A stretch of DNA of 64,000 nucleotides from Macrostomum hystrix (taxonomy: Eukaryota > Animalia > Platyhelminthes): contig CATNEN010000003.1 in NCBI GenBank assembly GCA_950097015.1, positions 7,440,001 to 7,504,000 on the forward strand. The letters are read 5' to 3'. The notes under the pieces were generated by a model that ran no database searches, had not been told where the DNA came from, and saw nothing but the letters and a program-made list of their open reading frames with translations. How positions within the stretch are numbered: position 1 is the first letter of the stretch; every line of letters starts with the position of its first letter. The position numbers and the translations under genes were made by a program. Below are positions 60,201-64,000 of the stretch, piece after piece.

Positions 60201-62868
60201 TTCTTGCAAATCTAATATTTCGATTTTTAATTATATTTTTCTCAATAATCTACTGGTAAGCTTATATCTCTTTGGCAAATCTCACGGTGAGATTGATTAT
60301 TGGATGCTTATTGGATTTCGAAAATCTCCCTTATAGTTTCTTAGCTATTATGTAGAATGTCACGGTTTTACGGATAGTTTTTGACTCTCCAGGTGGACCT
60401 GCTCCATTGCGCCAGAGCCTGTCGTGTCACAGCCGCCGATGTGACAGCTCGCCATTCCGTCTGCCTAATCAACTTCCTACGCGGTCCGCCTAGTCGATTT
60501 GTAATGCTGGAATCGAAGCAGCAAGCCGGCGTTAGCAACGCCCCGGCAACCAGTCGCCGGGTGACTCACATGTTGGCTAGCCACGGAGGCGACATATTTC
60601 TGCACGTCCTGGAGCCGGGTCGGCCTCTACTAGAAGAGCTGCCAGCATCGGCAGAGTCTCGCTGCCTGCCATCAACGCCAAGCGGTTCTATTCGACTAAC
60701 GGACTATCGAGTTAGCGACTTTCGCGACGTGATGAAGCGCAGTAGATTATTCCCAGCTAGGGAGACTGGAGACTATCCGACAATGCCGTTTGAGCGAGCA
60801 ATCAAGCATCTGGAACGAAGCACCCTGTACTGGCCATTGACCATCAACGATAGCGTACTCTTATCAGTCAGCAGCTCGGCCAAATCTCTATTGAGTCTAC
60901 TCAGCGAAGAGTCCCTAGACGATGAAGAGATTAAAGCGTGCGAAAATTTAGTAAAGAAATTTCTAGATATGGAGGTTCGCGGCGAGCCAATCAGTGTTAG
61001 CAATCGAAACCTGCGTTCGGCTAAGCGAGAGGATCTTTATCGATTGCTGTTTGCCGAACTGGACTTACTGCTGTGCCGATATGCTCTGGTGTCTGATGGT
61101 CACGCTCAGGTGGGTTCGTCGGATTTTGATTCCTTTAGTAATAGTTCATTCCTGTTCAGGCATCAAACTGCGGTGTCTGCCGTTAGTCTACGGTGTCTGT
61201 TGTTAGTCTGCTAGAGTATGGTGTCTTCTGTTAGACTAGGGTGTCTACTGTTAGACTATGGTGTCTACTGTTAGACTAAGGTCTGCTAGAGTATGGTGTC
61301 TTCTGTTAGACTAGGGTGTCTACTGTTAGGCTATGGTGTCTACTGTTAGGCTATGGTGTCTACTGTTAGACTAGGGTGTCTTCTGTTAGACTAGGGTGTC
61401 TACTGTTAGACTAGGGTGTCTACTGTTAGGCTATGGTGTCTACTGTTAGGCTATGGTGTCTACTGTTAGACTAGGGTGTCTTCTGTTAGACTAGGGTGTC
61501 TACTGTTAGACTAGGGTGTCTACTGTTAGGCTATGGTGTCTACTGTTAGACTAAGGTCTGCTAGAGTATGGTGTCTTCTGTTAGACTAGGGTGTCTACTG
61601 TTAGGCTATGGTGTCTACTGTTAGACTAAGGTCTGCTAGAGTATGGTGTCTTCTGTTAGGCTATGGTGTCTACTGTTAGACTAAGGTCTGCTAGAGTATG
61701 GTGTCTTCTGTTAGGCTATGGTGTCTACTGTTAGGCTATGGTGTCTACTGTTAGACTAAGGTGTCTACTGTTAGACTAGGGTGTCTACTGTTAGACTAGG
61801 GTGTCTACTGTTAGACTAAGGTCTGCTAGAGTATGGTGTCTTCTGTTAGACTAGGGTGTCTACTGTTAGGCTATGGTGTCTACTGTTAGACTAAGGTGTC
61901 TACTGTTAGACTAGGGTGTCTACTGTTAGACTAGGGTGTTTACTGTTAGACTAGGGTGTCTACTGTTAGACTAGGGTGTTTACTGTTAGACTATGGTGTC
62001 TACTGTTAGACTAGGGTGTCTACTGTTAGACTAGGGTGTCTACTGTTAGACTAGGGTGTTTACTGTTAGACTATGGTGTCTACTGTTAGACTAGGGTGTC
62101 TACTGTTAGACTAGGGTGCCTACTGTTAGACTAGGGTGTTTACTGTTAGACTAGGGTGTCTACTGTTAGACTAGGGTGTCTACTGTTAGACTATGGTGTC
62201 TACTGTTAGACTATGGTGTCTACTGTTAGACAGGCCTAATAGACAAACGGTCTCCCTTTATACATGATAGAAAATAGAGTATGATGTTAAAACTACTGTA
62301 TTTTTAAATGACATAGGAAACGGTCTCGTGTTATGATTTCATCAAAGGCATACAAAAACCTTTTACCACTGAAAATAACTATATCCAGGTGCTGGCTTTC
62401 CTCCGCCGATTTCGCCCACCTGAACCGCTAAGCTCTCAGCCAAGCGGGCTGACATTTCTGGACTCTATGCGTCAGCAACAGCAGCAGCAGCAGCAGGCCT
62501 CATCCAATCAACAGTCCTCATCGATAGCTGCCTCATCAGAACCGGCTTCCAAGCGTTCTCGCTTAGCAGGCGTGGCCAGCTCTGGGCAGCCGAGTATCAC
62601 GCTGACTCCTGCCCCAGTCCGATCTGGCCTATCCCTGCAGGAGTGGCACCTGGACAGGATTCGGGCTGGCCTGTCTAATCGTAGGCCAGAATTTCACGGT
62701 CGTCTAGTTTGTAAGCCGGGTGAAATCTATCCGTTGTATCAGCATTTGACAGCTTCATCGGCTTCAGCTTCCGCTAGCAACTTAGAGCAGTATCAGCCAC
62801 AGCATCAGCAGCAGCAGCAGCATGTTCGGAGTAAAGACCCAAGAATTTCTTTAGGAGGGATGGGCTAA
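57233..62868 (+). CDS. INTS13: Integrator subunit 13 (asunder); exons 57233-57544, 58131-58415, 59023-59418, 60393-61109, 62389-62868 (~729 aa)
   Basis: NHKTVIVIDHS, KTLWTCAVEAVLEYCRII.DLFP, IPMKEE..NYDVELLH, SVCLINFL, THMLASHGGDIFLH, RLTDYRVSDF, EFHGR. Confidence 0.92.
57630..58007. repeat. 30-bp minisatellite (GAGACGAGGAAATGTTAGACTGGGTGAGTT), INTS13 intron 1
   Basis: Read directly. Confidence 0.95.
58556..58794. repeat. 19-bp minisatellite (TAGGCGAGACATTATTAGA), INTS13 intron 2
   Basis: Read directly. Confidence 0.95.
59630..60200. repeat. 33-bp minisatellite with palindrome AATCTCACGGTGAGATT, INTS13 intron 3
   Basis: Read directly. Confidence 0.93.
61172..62231. repeat. 20-bp minisatellite (TGTTAGACTAGGGTGTCTAC), INTS13 intron 4
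   Basis: Read directly. Confidence 0.96.
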
Positions 62869-63406
62869 TGCTTGTTCCATTCTATTAGAAAGTGACGTCA
62901 TTTGCTTATGTTAATTCCAATCGATATTTTCACTTTTGATCTGACTATAAGCCATGCTGTTTATTTTAAACTCACAATGGTTTGTTCACTTTCAAATAAA
63001 AGTTATTCATTCTCATTTGTACTGTGCATCAGCATTTGCTGCTAAGTGGATGTGTTACATATAAATATATAATGTTCACATAAAACTTTTATAGCTGTGT
63101 TTCTTGTCGCCAGCACGTTATCTGCTTCTTATACTTTTACTTTTAGATAGCAGAAAAAATCTAATGACAGTTAATCAATCTTCGACTCAGAGAATGTTTA
63201 GGATCGCTGCCTATATTGTAAATATCCTACTCAAATATTCTAGCAGCTGTTCTCAATTTCCTACTCAGGGGATATTTAGGATCTCAAATAGTTACTGATC
63301 CAGTAACCATCATATTTAAAAGCCCCGAAAGACTTGTTCTAGCTGTCAAACTCACTGTTTCAGTGGCCACAGCCATAACAGAAACCTAACGGCCAACTAG
63401 ACAGCC

Positions 63407-64000
63407 ATGGGATTCAAGTCCAGTCCGTTAATCATTGACGCTCGCGGCCACCTACTGGGCCGCCTGGCCTCCATCGTGGCCAAGACCCTCCTGCTTGGCC
63501 AGCGGGTTGTTGTTGTCCGCTGCGAGGGCATTGTGATCTCCGGTTCCTTCTTTCGCAACAAGACCCGCTTCCACGAGTTCCTGCGCAAACGGCTGAACAC
63601 CAACCCCAGCAGGGGTCCGTATCACTTCCGCGCCCCCTCCAAGATCTTCTGGCGCACCGTGCGAGGCATGCTGCCGCACAAGCTGGCCAGAGGCGCCGAA
63701 GCTCTCGACCGCTTGAAGGTGTTCGAGGGCATTCCGAGTCCCTACGACAAGGCCAAGCGTCAGGTTGTGCCATCGGCGTTGAAGTGTCTCCGACTGAAGA
63801 CTCGGCGCAAGTTCTGCGTCCTCGGCCGTCTGTCGCACGAGGTTGGCTGGAAATACCAGGGCGTCATCGGCACTTTGGAGCGTCGGCGCAAGGTCAAATC
63901 GGCCCACTTTCACAAGCGTCAGGTTCGAGACCGCCAGCTGCGCGCCAAAGCCATCGAGAAGGTGAAGGACCGAGTAGCCAAGTATCAGAAGATCATTGAG
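63407..64000 (+). CDS. RPL13A: 60S ribosomal protein L13a (uL13), runs off the window end
   Basis: [26 protein letters not shown]...[29 protein letters not shown]; absent from the ORF track because no stop falls in the window. Confidence 0.96.
   Translation, partial: MGFKSSPLIIDARGHLLGRLASIVAKTLLLGQRVVVVRCEGIVISGSFFRNKTRFHEFLRKRLNTNPSRGPYHFRAPSKIFWRTVRGMLPHKLARGAEALDRLKVFEGIPSPYDKAKRQVVPSALKCLRLKTRRKFCVLGRLSHEVGWKYQGVIGTLERRRKVKSAHFHKRQVRDRQLRAKAIEKVKDRVAKYQKIIE

Noticed and set aside
63100-63310. snoRNA upstream of RPL13A
   Set aside because: A CTGA D-box-like word is present, but no C box or terminal stem.

Overview
Eukaryotic (metazoan) genomic DNA. The poly-CAG/Gln tracts and minisatellite-filled introns suggest a free-living flatworm such as Macrostomum (inference). 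Seven host genes: CSDE1/UNR-like (-, runs off the left edge), TAF13 (-), RNF141-like (+), a DEG/ENaC channel (+), TRAM1-like (+), INTS13/asunder (+) and RPL13A (+, runs off the right edge). Mobile DNA is dense and nested: three mariners, an intact BEL/Pao LTR retrotransposon with identical LTRs plus a solo LTR, a decayed Crypton tyrosine-recombinase gene, Sola2-like, Merlin and MULE remnants, a non-autonomous Helitron carrying about 3.8 kb of tandem repeats, several MITEs with TSDs, and two tRNA-derived SINE families. Sixteen tandem arrays are present. Most notable: (1) a ~0.93-kb stack of nested imperfect palindromes with GCGAAGC loops and recombinase-like junctions beside the Crypton gene; (2) seven phase-0 introns whose downstream exon starts with GT (Val), each containing a minisatellite; (3) arrays with different periods share core words (TGTTAGA, TCAACTGG, GAGAT), which hints at a common repeat-seeding and intron-making process. 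All calls were made by eye, without database searches.
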